64,000 bases of DNA from an uncultured Acidobacteriota bacterium. Lineage in GTDB: Bacteria > Acidobacteriota > Thermoanaerobaculia > Gp7-AA8. This document shows positions 48,201 through 60,400 of the stretch, one piece after another. Every line of letters begins with the position of its first letter. The first letter of the stretch is position 1. The stretch lies in NCBI GenBank assembly GCA_963741955.1, contig CAVUKB010000005.1:1120001-1184000 (forward strand), given 5' to 3'. Below the pieces are notes generated by a model. It worked only from the letters and a program-made list of their open reading frames with translations. It was not told the DNA's origin and did no database searches. Made by a program: the position numbers and the translations under genes.

Positions 48201-49642
48201 AGGACGGCCGCGTCGACAATACTCACGACGGGGAGAGGGTCAGGTCTACGCAACAGCCATCCTTGGGACGTCCGCTCCCGCAGCCGCAGTCCATCCGCTC
48301 TCGCGAGGTCGCGCTCCCCTCTCCCCGTCCGCAATCGAACATCTTCAGCCCGAAATCGCCATTCGGGGAGAGGGGCCAGGGGGTGAGGGGAAGTTCGCCG
48401 CGCAAGATGCGGTGACTGATGAATTGCGAGAACTGCGCACCGTGTCATCGCACGATCTCCGCGACGAACTTTCAGGGTTGCCCCTCACCCTTCCCTCTCC
48501 CCGAACTTCGGTTCGCCGACTGAAGTTCATGAGTGCGGACGGGGAGAGGGTGCTGCCGCGCGAGAGCGAAGAGCTTCGGCTGAAGGGAGAACGTGCGAGA
48601 AGGACGGCCGCGTCGACAATACTCACGCGTTGCCCCTCACCCTTCCCTCTCCCCGAACTTCGGTCCTCGACTGAAGTTCATGAGTGCGGACGGGGAGAGG
48701 GTCAGGTCTACGTAACACCCAAGCGTCGGCGTCCGCTCCCGCAGCCGCAGTCCATCCGCTCTCGCGAGGGTCGCGCTCCCCTCTCCCCGTCCGCAATCGA
48801 ACATCTTCAGCCCGAAATCGCCATTCGGGGAGAGGGGCCAGGGGGTGAGGGGAAGTTCGCCGCGCAAGATGCGGTGACTGATGAATTGCGAGAGCTGCGC
48901 GACGTGTCATCGCACGATCTCCGCGACTGACTTTCAGGGTTGCCCCTCACCCTTCCCTCTCCCCGAACTTCGGTCCTCGACTGAAGTTCATGAGTGCGGA
49001 CGGGGAGAGGGTCAGGTCTACGTAACACCCAAGCGTCGGCGTCCGCTCCCGCAGCCGCAGTCCATCCGCTCTCGCGAGGGTCGCGCTCCCCTCTCCCCGT
49101 CCGCAATCGAACATCTTCAGCCCGAAATCGCCATTCGGGGAGAGGGGCCAGGGGGTGAGGGGAAGTTCGCCGCGCAAGATGCGGTGACTGATGAATTGCG
49201 AGAACTGCGCACCGTGTCATCGCACGATCTCCGCGACGAACTTTCAGGGTTGCCCCTCACCCTTCCCTCTCCCCGAACTTCGGTTCGCCGGCTGAAGTTC
49301 ATGAGTGCGGACGGGGAGAGGGTTAGGTCTACGTAACGTCCGCTCCCGCAGCCGCAGTCCATCCTCACTCGCGAGGGTCGCGCTCCCCTCTCCCCGTCCG
49401 CAATCGAACATCTTCAGCCCGAAATCGCCATTCGGGGAGAGGGGCCAGGGGGTGAGGGGAAGCTCGCCGCGCAAGATGCGGTGACTGACGAATTCCGAGA
49501 ACCGCGCGACGTGTCATTGCACGATCTCCGCGACGAACTTTCAGCGTTGCCCCTCACCCTTCCCTCTCCCCGAACTTCGGTCCTCGACTGAAGTTCATGA
49601 GTGCGGACGGGGAGAGGGTGCTGCCGCGCGAGAGCGAAGAGC
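45254..49642. repeat. Tandem array of 13 modular units (295-460 bp), each with two inverted palindromic elements
   Basis: gtccgctcccgcagccgcag at about 45255, 45565, 45875, 46275, 46673, 46968, 47263, 47574, 47870, 48270, 48731, 49041 and 49338. Confidence 0.97.
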
Positions 49643-49676
49643 TGGTCTCCGAATTGTCGTGAACGCCGTGCACGAT

Positions 49677-50630
49677 CTAGCCTCGAGCCTCGATTCCTTC
49701 GATCTCTCCCCGGGCGATCCGCTCGCCCGGCAGCAGCAGCGAATGGATGGTCAGATGCAACGGGACGGCGATCTGCTTTTCCGCACCGAGCCGGAGCATC
49801 GCTCCGAGCTGGTCATCGAGCTCCGAAGGGCGCCTCTCTTCGAGATCGCGCTGCATCGACGCTCTGGTGGCGGACGGGATCGAATCGACCGCCTTCATGG
49901 TCGCGACCACCGCTCCGTCGTCGAGCGCCACATTGTGTGCGCGGCCTACCGTGACGATCTCCTCCATCAACGCTTCGAGCGCATGACGGCTCTCGGGGAC
50001 ACTGCGAAACACGCCGGCAGGCACCCGGGTAATCCCTCCGATTGCGCCGAGCGGCTCGACGAAGAGAAACTTCTTCCAGATCGTCACGTGGATGTCTTCC
50101 GCGACTGTGGCCGTGAGCCCGGTCGCGCGGTCGAACCGCTCTCTCAACGTGCGAATCCGATCGCTCGAACGGTTGTCGAGCTCACCGAACTCGATGGTCG
50201 GATGAAGCCCGAGGTGCAGGATCGTTCCAGGCTCACCGACAGTGCACGCGATTCGGCAGACTCCGCCGGCGACGTGCGGCCGCCCGAACGCGGAGGCGAG
50301 AATCGACGGCGCTTCCACTCCATTCTGCAGAGGCACGACGAGAGTTCCCTCCCCGATCAGCGGCTGCATCGACTCGAGTGATTCGCGCAACTGCCACGCC
50401 TTCGTCGCGGCGATCACGACGTCCACGGGACCAGCCTCCGCGGGAGATCCGGTCGCCTCCACCTTCTCCAGATGGCAGTCGCCCTCCGGGCTGCGGATGG
50501 TCAGACCCTTGCTCTGCAGCGCCTCCAGCTGCTTGCCCCGCGCGATGAAGACGACATCCTCGCCCGCCTCGGCGAGTCTTCCACCGAAGTATCCGCCCAC
50601 CGCTCCCGTACCGAAGATCGCAATTCGCAT
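49677..50630 (-). CDS. panE: 2-dehydropantoate 2-reductase
   Basis: GTGAVGGYFG, ATKAW, LQNGVE, WKKF, SMQRDL..RPSELD. Confidence 0.92.
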   Translation of the reverse strand: MRIAIFGTGAVGGYFGGRLAEAGEDVVFIARGKQLEALQSKGLTIRSPEGDCHLEKVEATGSPAEAGPVDVVIAATKAWQLRESLESMQPLIGEGTLVVPLQNGVEAPSILASAFGRPHVAGGVCRIACTVGEPGTILHLGLHPTIEFGELDNRSSDRIRTLRERFDRATGLTATVAEDIHVTIWKKFLFVEPLGAIGGITRVPAGVFRSVPESRHALEALMEEIVTVGRAHNVALDDGAVVATMKAVDSIPSATRASMQRDLEERRPSELDDQLGAMLRLGAEKQIAVPLHLTIHSLLLPGERIARGEIEGIEARG

Positions 50631-50694
50631 CTACCCTCCATCGCGAACGCTGCACGTTCGCGCACGCTGCAACCGAACGATCGGATCGTTCGGT

Positions 50695-52053
50695 TCACTT
50701 CCCCAGCAGCTCGAACACGGCGAGAGCGAACGCCTTCACTCCGGAACGAATCGTCGGCGCCGGAACGGGAGCGAATTGCGACGAGTGAAGCGGTGGCAGT
50801 GGCACGCCGCTCTCGCGGCTCGCCTCGACCTTCGCCGGATCGACGGCACCGATCCGGAACTGCAGCACCGGAATCTTCCGGTCCAGCCCGAAGTGTCCGA
50901 CATCCTCGCTCACCATCTCGGGCGGAATCTGCACCACCTGATCATCGCCGAAGCCCTTTTTCCAGACCGCAGCGAGACGCGCGGTCAACTCCGGATCGTT
51001 GTACAGAGCGTCTCCCCGCTCGTTCTTCGACACGGTCACCACAGGCATCCTGTCGTCGGGCATTCCCGCAGCCATCGCCAGTCCTTTCGAGACCCGTGCG
51101 ATCGACTCGAGCACCCTCTTCCGCACCTCGTCCTTGTACGTGCGAACCGTGAGCTGCAGGACGACCTGGTCGGGAATGATGTTCCTCTTCGTTCCTCCGT
51201 GAATCGAGCCGACCGTGATCACCACCGGATCGAGCGGCGAACGCTCGCGGCTGACGATGGTCTGCAGAGCGAGAATGGTCTCCGCCGCGAGCACCACCGG
51301 ATCCTTCGTCTTTTCCGGCATCGCTCCGTGTCCACCCACTCCGCGGATGGTGATGTCGACCGAATCGATGTTGGCGAGAGCGTAACCCGGACAGTACGCG
51401 ACCAGACCTGCGGGAAGATCGGACGAGTCGTGAAGCCCGAGCACCCAATCCGGCTGCGGAACTTTCTCGTACAGCCCATCCCGCAACATCGCGTCCGCCC
51501 CTTTTCCGAGCTCCTCGGCGGGCTGACCGATGATCACCACCGTCCCGTGCCACCGATCCTTCATCTCCGAGAGGACGGTCGCAGTCCCCAGCATCGTCGC
51601 CATGTGAATGTCGTGACCGCACGCGTGCATCACCCCCACCATCTCTCCCGATGCGTTCTTCGACTTGACCGTGCTGGCGTATGGGAGTCCGGTCTGTTCA
51701 GTCACCGGAAGTGCATCCATGTCGGTACGGAGCAGGACCACCGGCCCGTCGCCGTTCTTCATCACCGCCGCGACGCCGTATCCCTTCAGATCCGGATCTT
51801 CGTACCGGCCGAGGTGGTCGATCACGTTGAAACCGAGCTTCCGCAGACGGTCGGCGAAGAATGCGGAGGTCTTCTCTTCGTGACCCGACAGCTCCGGCGC
51901 AGCGTGCAGCGACTGGTATGTCGTGACGAGTGCGGGAAGCTCGGCATCGATCTTCGAATCGAGACCCGAAGCCTCCCGGCTCTGTGCCGCGAGTGGAGCC
52001 GCGGCGAGCAGAGAGAGAACGACGGCGCATGAGATTGCGGCGGAACGAATCAT
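50695..52053 (-). CDS. Secreted M20 amidohydrolase
   Basis: Signal peptide, HAAPELSGHE, RTDMDALP, MHACGHD, QPAEE, GGHGAMP, SEDV. Confidence 0.92.
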   Translation of the reverse strand: MIRSAAISCAVVLSLLAAAPLAAQSREASGLDSKIDAELPALVTTYQSLHAAPELSGHEEKTSAFFADRLRKLGFNVIDHLGRYEDPDLKGYGVAAVMKNGDGPVVLLRTDMDALPVTEQTGLPYASTVKSKNASGEMVGVMHACGHDIHMATMLGTATVLSEMKDRWHGTVVIIGQPAEELGKGADAMLRDGLYEKVPQPDWVLGLHDSSDLPAGLVAYCPGYALANIDSVDITIRGVGGHGAMPEKTKDPVVLAAETILALQTIVSRERSPLDPVVITVGSIHGGTKRNIIPDQVVLQLTVRTYKDEVRKRVLESIARVSKGLAMAAGMPDDRMPVVTVSKNERGDALYNDPELTARLAAVWKKGFGDDQVVQIPPEMVSEDVGHFGLDRKIPVLQFRIGAVDPAKVEASRESGVPLPPLHSSQFAPVPAPTIRSGVKAFALAVFELLGK

Positions 52054-52160
52054 CGGCTTTCCTCCTGAGAAAATGACGAACCAGGATCGAGAGAGCTCCG
52101 AGCATCGCTCCGGCGTTCTTCTCGTTCTCGACTCTGACTTCTGCATTCTGCCTCCATGTT

Positions 52161-53885
52161 CTACATCGAGATGGATCCCTTGCGGAAGGAGCTCCTCCCC
52201 AGCCACGCGTTGACAAGCACCGGGCGTCCGCTCGAGGCGATCTCTCTGGCGCGTTCGAGCGCGGGCAGCAGTGCCGCGCGCTCCCGGACGACGATTCCCT
52301 CCGCTCCCAGCCCTTCCGCCGCCCGATGATAGTCGGTGCGGGCGAGAGCACATCCGGTGTCGTCCCCGAGCACCTCGATCTGCTCCCGTGCGATCTGGCT
52401 CCAGCAGGCGTCGTTGCCCACCACCGCGATCACGCCGATGCGATGCCTCGCGAATGTGTCGAGCTCCGCGAGGGTGAACCCGACCGAACCGTCGCCATAG
52501 AGAATCCAGACCTCACGGCCGGGCCGGGCCGCCGCCGCGCCGAGCGCGAACCCGGCGCCGACGCCGAGCGTCCCGAACGGCCCGGGGTCGAGCCATGAGA
52601 GCGGCTGGTGCGGATGGAGGGTGTACGCCGCAGTCGCGACGAAGTCACCGCCGTCCGCGACGAGAACGGCGCGGTCGGAGAGCACTCCGTCGAGAGCCCT
52701 GCAGAGCGCGATCGGATTGATTCCTCCGTCGTCGTCGGCGGACTGCGCGACGATCTCCTCCTCCCGCGAGCGCTCCGCTCCCTCGAGAAGGTCGATCCAC
52801 TCCGGTCTGTGCTCCGCACCCACCATTCTGGAGAGCATCCGGAAAAACATTCCGGGGTCGGTCTCGATCGCCTGAGAGGGACGGAGGTTGAGGGTCAGGT
52901 CTTTCCTCTCGCGCCCGACCGCGATCACTTTCGCATTCCTTCCGATCTGCCTTCCGTAGTCGAGACGGAAATCCGCCGGCACCCCCGCGAGGATCACCAG
53001 GTCCGCAGCGGCGAGAGCCTTCTTTCGATGGTGTTTCATCTGGAGCGGGTCGCGTTCTCCGAGCAGTCCCCGCGCCATTCCGGAGAGAAACACCGGGATC
53101 CCGAGTTTCCGGATCGCTTCGGCAGTCTCGCCGGCCTTCGCCGGTTCACCTGTGGTCGAGCTCCCGGCGAGGATCAGAGGTCTGCGACTCCCGGCGATCG
53201 CGCGCGCCACGGCGGCCAGTGCGGCGCGGGTCGGTTCGGCGCGGCCGATCTCGATCGGTCCGGGGATCTCTCCAGCACCGCCGGCGAAGAGCCGGTTCGT
53301 ATGCCACGCGAGCCATCGAGCCTGCAGTGACGCAGCGATGGAACGACGGCCGCGCCGTGACGCCGCACCGTACCACTCGCGGACGATGCTCTCGTCATAG
53401 AGGAGATCGACCGGGCACTGGACGAATACCGGTCCCGGCACACCGGAACGCGCGGATGCGAACGCTCGCGTCAGAACCGGAGCGAGCTCGCGCAACCGGC
53501 GTACCGGGAAGACCTCCTTCACGTGAGGTCTGACTGCGGTGATCTGGTCGATGTCCTGAAGAGCGCCCCTCCCCCGCAGCACGGTCGCGGTGGCGCCACC
53601 GAGAAGCACGAGAGGAGATGCAGCGAGGAGGGCGTTCCGCAGCGCCGTCGTCGCGTTCGTCACTCCCGGGCCGGCCGTCACCGCGGCAACTCCCGGAACC
53701 CCTTTGAGCCGCGCATAGGCATCGGCGGCGAAGACAGCCGTCGCTTCATGACGCGTATCGATCACTCGAAGCCCGCGGCGTTTCGCCTCCACCAGGATCG
53801 GGGAGATGTGGCCCCCGCAGAGTGTGAAGAGCGTGTCGATCCCGTGTCGCGCCAGAACCTCCGCGATGATCGCTCCGCCATTCAT
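52161..53885 (-). CDS. Thiamine-diphosphate enzyme, acetolactate synthase-like (IlvBL/2-hydroxyacyl-CoA lyase type)
   Basis: [47 protein letters not shown]...GND. Confidence 0.9.
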   Translation of the reverse strand: MNGGAIIAEVLARHGIDTLFTLCGGHISPILVEAKRRGLRVIDTRHEATAVFAADAYARLKGVPGVAAVTAGPGVTNATTALRNALLAASPLVLLGGATATVLRGRGALQDIDQITAVRPHVKEVFPVRRLRELAPVLTRAFASARSGVPGPVFVQCPVDLLYDESIVREWYGAASRRGRRSIAASLQARWLAWHTNRLFAGGAGEIPGPIEIGRAEPTRAALAAVARAIAGSRRPLILAGSSTTGEPAKAGETAEAIRKLGIPVFLSGMARGLLGERDPLQMKHHRKKALAAADLVILAGVPADFRLDYGRQIGRNAKVIAVGRERKDLTLNLRPSQAIETDPGMFFRMLSRMVGAEHRPEWIDLLEGAERSREEEIVAQSADDDGGINPIALCRALDGVLSDRAVLVADGGDFVATAAYTLHPHQPLSWLDPGPFGTLGVGAGFALGAAAARPGREVWILYGDGSVGFTLAELDTFARHRIGVIAVVGNDACWSQIAREQIEVLGDDTGCALARTDYHRAAEGLGAEGIVVRERAALLPALERAREIASSGRPVLVNAWLGRSSFRKGSISM

Positions 53886-54188
53886 CGGACCCATTATGTA
53901 CGGCAACGGCCGATTTGCGAATGCGTCACCGCCAGGCGTCCGCGTGCGTCGCGCCACGATTCATCGACGGGCTTTCTGCTCCGGTGCACGAGACGAGATC
54001 CGGCGATCACCCGAATGCGAGTCCCCGAGCTTCCACCGCCCATTTCCCACCGAGGTTGCGCCCCCGCGCGAGTGGACTCAAGTTGTGGAATATTCGGCGC
54101 TTCCGAAGCTGAGCCGCCGTTTGGCCCCCAAGGCCGGACGACCGGCTTCTTCTGTCGATCTCGCGAGCGGAGCTCGAGTGGAGAAAAC

Positions 54189-56795
54189 ATGAGAATGGCT
54201 CCCTCATCTGAGTCGATCGCTTCGTTCGAAATTCTCGGCCTTCTCGGCGATGGAGGAATGGGCCGCGTCTACCGGGCGCGCGATCCGCGGCTCGGACGCG
54301 AAGTCGCGGTCAAACTTCTCCACGAGCGCTTCAGGAACGACGTCGAGCTCCTTCAGCGATTCGAGAGTGAAGCACGATCCGCTTCCGCCCTCTCCCATCC
54401 GAACATCGTCACGATTCACGAGATCGGTGACCTCGACGACGAGGGACCGTTCATCGTCATGGAGCTCGTGAAAGGACGTTCGCTCCGCGAGATCCTCCTC
54501 ACGAGCGAGATCGCTCCCAAAGAGGCGTTGAGAATCGCTGAAGCGATCGCGGACGGACTCGCCGCGGCGCACGAGAAAGGCATCGTCCATCGCGACCTCA
54601 AACCGGAAAATGTGATGATCACACCCGATGGACGAGTCAAGATCCTCGACTTCGGTCTGGCCAAACTCGCCGAATCGGGGTTCAGTGATCAGGACGAGAC
54701 GCTTTCCCGCTCACCGCACCATACGCTGCCGGGGTCTATCATCGGGACGCCGGCGTACATGTCTCCCGAACAGGCGAGCGGCGCGAGCGCCGATTACCGT
54801 TCCGACCAGTTCTCGCTTGGAGCGATCCTCTACGAGATGCTCGCGGGATGGCCCGCGTTCCGGAGAGCGACCGGCGTCGAGACGATGACCGCCATCATCC
54901 GTGAGGAGCCCGAACCGCTGCAGGAGGTGAATCCGTCACTCTCTGCGGACGTGGTTCGGATCGTGGAGCGGTGTCTCTCGAAGTCTCCACAGGAGCGCTA
55001 CGCCTCGACAGTCGATCTCCTGCACGACATCCGTTCGGTCTCCGCGCAGCTCTCGACCGCTCGCGTCACGCCGACCGGAACGCGTTGGATTCGACGCGTG
55101 CGGTCCCACAGGCGGGCCTGGCTGAAGTGGCTGCTCATTCTCCTGGTCGCCGGTTCGATGGCGGCGACGCTCGTGCTCGTCCGGCAGCGGAGCGCAACGC
55201 CGCAAGTGCAAATCCCCGCCGCGGAACCCGCGGTTCTGGCGGTCCTTCCCTTCTCCGATCTGACCGGTGATCCGGAGGGGAAGCGGCTCGCGGCCGGACT
55301 CTCGGAGCTGGTAGCGGGGCGACTCACGGCTCTCTCCGACATTCAGATCGTCTCTCCCGCGTCCGCCGCGAGAATTGCTGAAGACCGATCCCTCCCGTCG
55401 ATCGCGCACGAGCTTGGCGCCACCCGGATTCTCAAAGCCGCAGTCGCTCGATCGAACGAACGGATCCGTCTGACGTTCGCGGTCATCGATCCCTTCACCG
55501 GCATCCAGATCACCAGCGACTCCGTCGACGGCGACGTCAGTGACCTGTTCGGCCTGGAAGATTCCGTCTCCGAGTCGATCCTCCGTTCGATGAGGCTCGC
55601 CACCCGAGAAACGGCACCTCGGCACTCCACTTCGGGGCTCACCGCCCCACTCGCACAGGAACATTACCTGCAGGCGGTGGGCTCTCTGCAGCAGTACGAG
55701 AACGAAGCGTCCGTCGATCACGCAATCGCACTTCTCTCGGAGCTCCGAGGAGAGGCCGGGGATTCGGCGCTGCTGGATGCCGCCCTCGGCCGGGCGTTTC
55801 TTTACAAGTACAACCTGACCCACGACCGTTCTCTCGCATCGGCGGCGGAAGAATACTGCCGCCGTGCGGTTCGACTCGATCCTCACTTGATGGAAGCCCA
55901 CGTGACGGTCGGCGAGCTCTACACGACGCTCGGTCGCTTCAAGGAGGCGATTTGGTCATTCGAGCGCGCCCTGCAACTCCGTAAGGGATCACCCGAGGCG
56001 ATCCTCGGCCTTGCCGTGGCTCTCGACAAATCCGGGCAGGACGTTCGCGCCGAGGTCGCTTACCGCGAAGCCATTGCGGCACGTCCGAAGTACTGGGCGG
56101 GTTACAACAAGTTCGGCGCGTACTATTTCCACCGGAACCGCTACTCGGAGGCGAAGGAAATGTTTCGCCGGGCTACCGAGGCGAACCCGGAGAACTACCG
56201 CCCATACGCGAATCTCGGAGGGACGCAGTTCGCGATCGGCGAGTATGAAGAAGCAATTGGATCTCTGAAGCACTCCATCCAGCTGCATCCCAACGGACTC
56301 GCGTGGTCGAACCTCGGGACGGCTTACTTACTGGCTGAGCGCTATCCTGAAGCCGCGAACGCGTTCGAGAACGCGACTTCTCTGGAGGAAAAGCGGTCCT
56401 CCTTCTGGCGCTATCTCGGCGATTCGTACCGCTGGTCGGAACAGAAAGAGAAGGCTTCCGCAGCGTATGCCGAAGCGATCCGTCTCGCGCGCGAGGAGCT
56501 CCTGGTGAACAGGACCGACGCGAAGGCGCACGTCACGATCGGCGCCAGCCTGGCCAAGACGGGGCACCCCCTCGAAGCCGAGAGCGAGATGAAGCTCGCA
56601 CGACGGCTTCTGCCGAAAGACGGTCACGTCCTTTTCGTCTCCGGGATCGTCACCTCACTCGCGGGGGATCGCGACGAAGCAATTCACTATCTGCAGCAGG
56701 CTCTCGCGGCTGGATACGAGGCGCGGCTGATCCGGGACGAACCCGAACTGAAGAACGTCATCCGCGATCCGCGGCTGACGAAAGTGCTGGACTGA
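54189..56795 (+). CDS. Hanks-type Ser/Thr protein kinase with TM helix, AVLPF domain and TPR repeats
   Basis: [39 protein letters not shown] helix, multiple TPRs. Confidence 0.94.
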   Translation: MRMAPSSESIASFEILGLLGDGGMGRVYRARDPRLGREVAVKLLHERFRNDVELLQRFESEARSASALSHPNIVTIHEIGDLDDEGPFIVMELVKGRSLREILLTSEIAPKEALRIAEAIADGLAAAHEKGIVHRDLKPENVMITPDGRVKILDFGLAKLAESGFSDQDETLSRSPHHTLPGSIIGTPAYMSPEQASGASADYRSDQFSLGAILYEMLAGWPAFRRATGVETMTAIIREEPEPLQEVNPSLSADVVRIVERCLSKSPQERYASTVDLLHDIRSVSAQLSTARVTPTGTRWIRRVRSHRRAWLKWLLILLVAGSMAATLVLVRQRSATPQVQIPAAEPAVLAVLPFSDLTGDPEGKRLAAGLSELVAGRLTALSDIQIVSPASAARIAEDRSLPSIAHELGATRILKAAVARSNERIRLTFAVIDPFTGIQITSDSVDGDVSDLFGLEDSVSESILRSMRLATRETAPRHSTSGLTAPLAQEHYLQAVGSLQQYENEASVDHAIALLSELRGEAGDSALLDAALGRAFLYKYNLTHDRSLASAAEEYCRRAVRLDPHLMEAHVTVGELYTTLGRFKEAIWSFERALQLRKGSPEAILGLAVALDKSGQDVRAEVAYREAIAARPKYWAGYNKFGAYYFHRNRYSEAKEMFRRATEANPENYRPYANLGGTQFAIGEYEEAIGSLKHSIQLHPNGLAWSNLGTAYLLAERYPEAANAFENATSLEEKRSSFWRYLGDSYRWSEQKEKASAAYAEAIRLAREELLVNRTDAKAHVTIGASLAKTGHPLEAESEMKLARRLLPKDGHVLFVSGIVTSLAGDRDEAIHYLQQALAAGYEARLIRDEPELKNVIRDPRLTKVLD

Positions 56796-56831
56796 CCCCG
56801 CCCGGTCGAGACGAGGAAAGGAGAAGCCGAA

Positions 56832-57206
56832 ATGACAGCCGCTGTTGAACCGGCATCGCTGACCAGGGTCACCTCGACGCAAAGCTTCGCTCCGGAAGTG
56901 GTGATTTTCATCGACGGTCTGGGGAAAAAGATCACCGTCCATCCCGAGCACGCCGTCCTCAACCATCCCGAACAACGGATCCATTTCTGCTCGAACGTCA
57001 AAGATTTCAAGATCGAATTCCGAAGGAGGAGCAAGGCGGGATCCGGAACGCACCAGCTGATCGGCCAGAACTTCATCGGACACGACTATCACTGCACACT
57101 CGGCCTGACCAACAATCCCGTTTCCGGGGATCAGGGACCGTTCAAGTTCTGGGTCATCGTCGGACAGAAGGTTCTCGATCCACCCGATATCGAAGTCGAC
57201 TACTGA
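56832..57206 (+). CDS. Hypothetical small beta-rich protein
   Basis: AAAGGAG RBS. Lies directly downstream of the kinase; C-terminus VLDPPDIEVDY. Confidence 0.6.
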   Translation: MTAAVEPASLTRVTSTQSFAPEVVIFIDGLGKKITVHPEHAVLNHPEQRIHFCSNVKDFKIEFRRRSKAGSGTHQLIGQNFIGHDYHCTLGLTNNPVSGDQGPFKFWVIVGQKVLDPPDIEVDY

Positions 57207-57425
57207 TTCGACACGAACATCCGCTCTCGCGAGGAGACGACCTCCTTCCGGACTGGTGGTCGTCTCCACGCCGCCTTCGCCGCCGGTTCGATGCGTCGAA
57301 TGAAGAGATCAGCACGAACATCGCGCTCCTCTCCCTGTTCGTTCGCAGAAAGATCCCTTGACCCGACTCCGAAAGGCATGAAACTGATTCGACCAATCGC
57401 GCACAGGAATATTGGAGGGCATCTC

Positions 57426-60400
57426 ATGCGAACGCTGATTCTGTTGCTCGGCGTCTCTCTTGCTGCGCTTGCTGCAGACGGAAGCTCCTTTCCACCGCGC
57501 CAGGGACCGGTGAACCGACCGGAACTGGTGCCGTACGCCTGCACCTCGATCGAGATTCCGAATTTTCAGATCTCCCAGATCGGCGAGACGCAGTTCCGTC
57601 TGACCTGGAACGCACCGGCGAACGTCCCCGAGCCACAGTATGACGTCCTGGCGAACGTCCGTCCCGGCTCGTGCCAGAGCGACGATCAGCATCTCGTTCT
57701 CGGCACCACCAGCCAGACCACCCTCGACGTCACCCTCCCCGTGGCGGAGCGCGAGTATGCCCTCTACGTCGTCGAGCACAGTTGCGCACAGATCTCGACG
57801 GCCTTCGCGTGGATCGTCGATTCATTCACCGATACCCCTGCCGCTCCGACCCTCACGCTCGGCGCGATCGGAACCAACTCGGTCTCGTTCACCTACGTGC
57901 AACCGGCCCCGGATCATGGAGCGCTGCTGCTGCAGCGATCGACGGACGGCAACAAGTGGGGCAACATCACTTTTCTCGACTACTGCCCGGCGGGCTCTTC
58001 ACACAGCGTCACCGACAATGCTGTTCCCAAGGGCACCTACCACTACCGTCTCGTCGCGTTCAACAACACCAGTTACACCTTCTCGAAAGAGGTGCTGGCC
58101 TCCGTCGGCACGACCGTTCCTCCACCTTCCATCGACTCTTTCGCCGCTTTACCCGCCCAGATTCGCGCCGGTGATACAGCCCGGCTGGTGTGGTCGGCCC
58201 GCAACGCAACCTCGATCTCCATCGACCCGGAGGTCGGCATGCACGACCCGAGCGGATCGGTCAACGTCGCGCCCACCGGCTCGACCACGTACAAGCTCAC
58301 CGCCGTCGGATCGGGAGGAACGGCCACCGCCACGACCACGCTCGACGTTCTCACCGCGCCGGAGGTCCGCATCACCGGCTTTCCGGAGACCATGGTGCAG
58401 GGAACCAGCGGAGCCGGGGCCACTACCTCCTTCACTGTGACCAACATCGGAGGCTCGTCCACCACGGTGAACATGAGCACGGCGGGTGGGTTCTTCAACA
58501 TCTCGCCGGCGCGGCTCGACCTCACGCCGGGCAAGAGTGCCGGCGTTTCCGTGACTTCGAACTCGTCGCTCGCGTCGGGCCGCTACGGCGGAACGATCTC
58601 CTTCACCGGCGCGGGCGTCCCCGCGGGCCTTCAGGTTCCGGTCCTCTGTCTCGCAACACCGACACCGAATGGCACGACCAGTGCGGTCGCGGACCAGAAA
58701 CGAGTCGATCTCGCCGGTCCGAGCGGAAGCGCGCCTTCGGGGAGCGTCTCGTTTCAGAATACCGGCACCGCGACGATGTTCGCCCTCGCCTCTTCCGACG
58801 TCCCGTGGATCGAGCCCGACACTTCGCTCATCGAGATCGCGCCGGGCGTCTCTTCACCCGTGTCGTTCCGGATCAACCGTTCGCTCCGCCCCGATGCCAA
58901 CGCTCCTTCAGGGACGGTGACGGGCAATCTGTCCCTCGTGTTCCGGGCGGGGGCATCCGGAAAACTGGCTGCCGATGACGGCGCCACGTCTCTCGGCAGA
59001 ACCTCGCTGGTGACGGTGACCGATACGTCGCGGCCGGCCACCAGCTCGTCGACCATCCCTCCGCTCGCCGCAGGCGAGCTCGCGCAGTTCGTCGCCGGAG
59101 TGGGGCACCTGGTCGGAAGCACCGGTCAGTTCATCTCCGATGTCGCGTTGACCAATCTCGCCTCGTCGAACGATCTCTCCGGTCTCTCGTTCTACTACTC
59201 CACTCTCGGCAGTCCGAGCTCCACGCCGAGTCTTCTCGCGCAGCTGCAGAAGATCGGCGCTAATACCCCGGTCCAGTTTTCCGATATCGTGAGTACCGTC
59301 TTCAACCGTACTTCCGAGAGCGGCTCGCTCCTGATCCGCGGGAGCCAGGCGAACAATCTCACTCCCAGCGCCACCATCCTGAACGTCAGCGACGCACGCG
59401 GAACGTACGGCACCGCGATTCCGATACTCCGCTCCGACCGGAGCGCCGGTCCCGGCGAGTCACTGATGCTATCGGGGCTTCGGAAGACGGCCGACGGCCA
59501 CACGAACTTCTTCATTCAGGAGACCAACGGAGGAAACGTCACCGTCACCACATCGTGGCTCGATGCGAACGGATCGGTCCTCGCCTCCCTCACCGAAACC
59601 ATTCCTCCGTTCGGGCTGCTCAGAATCCTCGACAGCGATCAGATTCCGACCAGCATGGTCTCGGCCAGAATCTCCTCCTCCCCCACCTCGACCGGACGGT
59701 TCGCCGCGTACGCCACTCCGCTGGACCGGCTGAGCCGCGACTTCTGGGCGGTCACCGACTGGAATCGGCAGAATGCGATGTCCGGCTCCGATCCGATGCT
59801 GGTGCCCGTCGCCGGAACCGTTCACGGAGCCAACAACGCGTTCTTCCGCACCGACCTGTCGGTCATGAACAGCGGCGACTCCAACGGCGTCGCGAACGTC
59901 CTCTATCACTACACCGACATCAACACCGGAGCGACCGCAGAGAAAGCCGCTTCCGTATCGCTCGGAACGCTCCAAAGCCGGACCTTCGGAGACGTCGCCG
60001 GATCGCTTTTCAACCTCACCACGAACACTCTCGGGTACATCATCTTCACGCCGCAGTCGGGGAAGTTCGTCGTCACGAGCCGCACCTACAGCACGGTGTC
60101 CGGCCAGCCCGGGACCTTCGGCACCGGCGTCACCACTCTTCCGCTCTCGGCGAGCCTCCGCCTCGGTCAGACCCGGACCATCGGAGGCGTGAAGGACTCG
60201 AGCCTCGTCTCGATTCAGACTGCAAAAGGCGGCACGTTCCGCACGAACTTCGGCATGATCGAGACCGCCGGCGCTACGGCGGTGGTGCGCGTGACGGTCT
60301 ACTTCTCTTACCAGAGCACCGGCCGCGCGGTGCAGGTCGGGCGCGACTCCGCATGGAAGGAGTACACCCTCGCCCCACATCAGTCGATGCAGATCTCAAG

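Noticed and set aside
45331-49474. ORF-track ORFs in array 2
   Set aside because: Translations of palindromic repeats (PLTLPSP, GRGEG) in several frames; not credible proteins.
45254-49642. CRISPR-like array with variable linkers
   Set aside because: The variable linkers are short and recur as a few alleles (acccaagcgtcggc appears several times), so they are not unique spacers.
53523-54188. Long N-terminal extension of the kinase
   Set aside because: It overlaps the divergent ThDP-enzyme gene. ATG 54189 with an upstream GGAG fits better.
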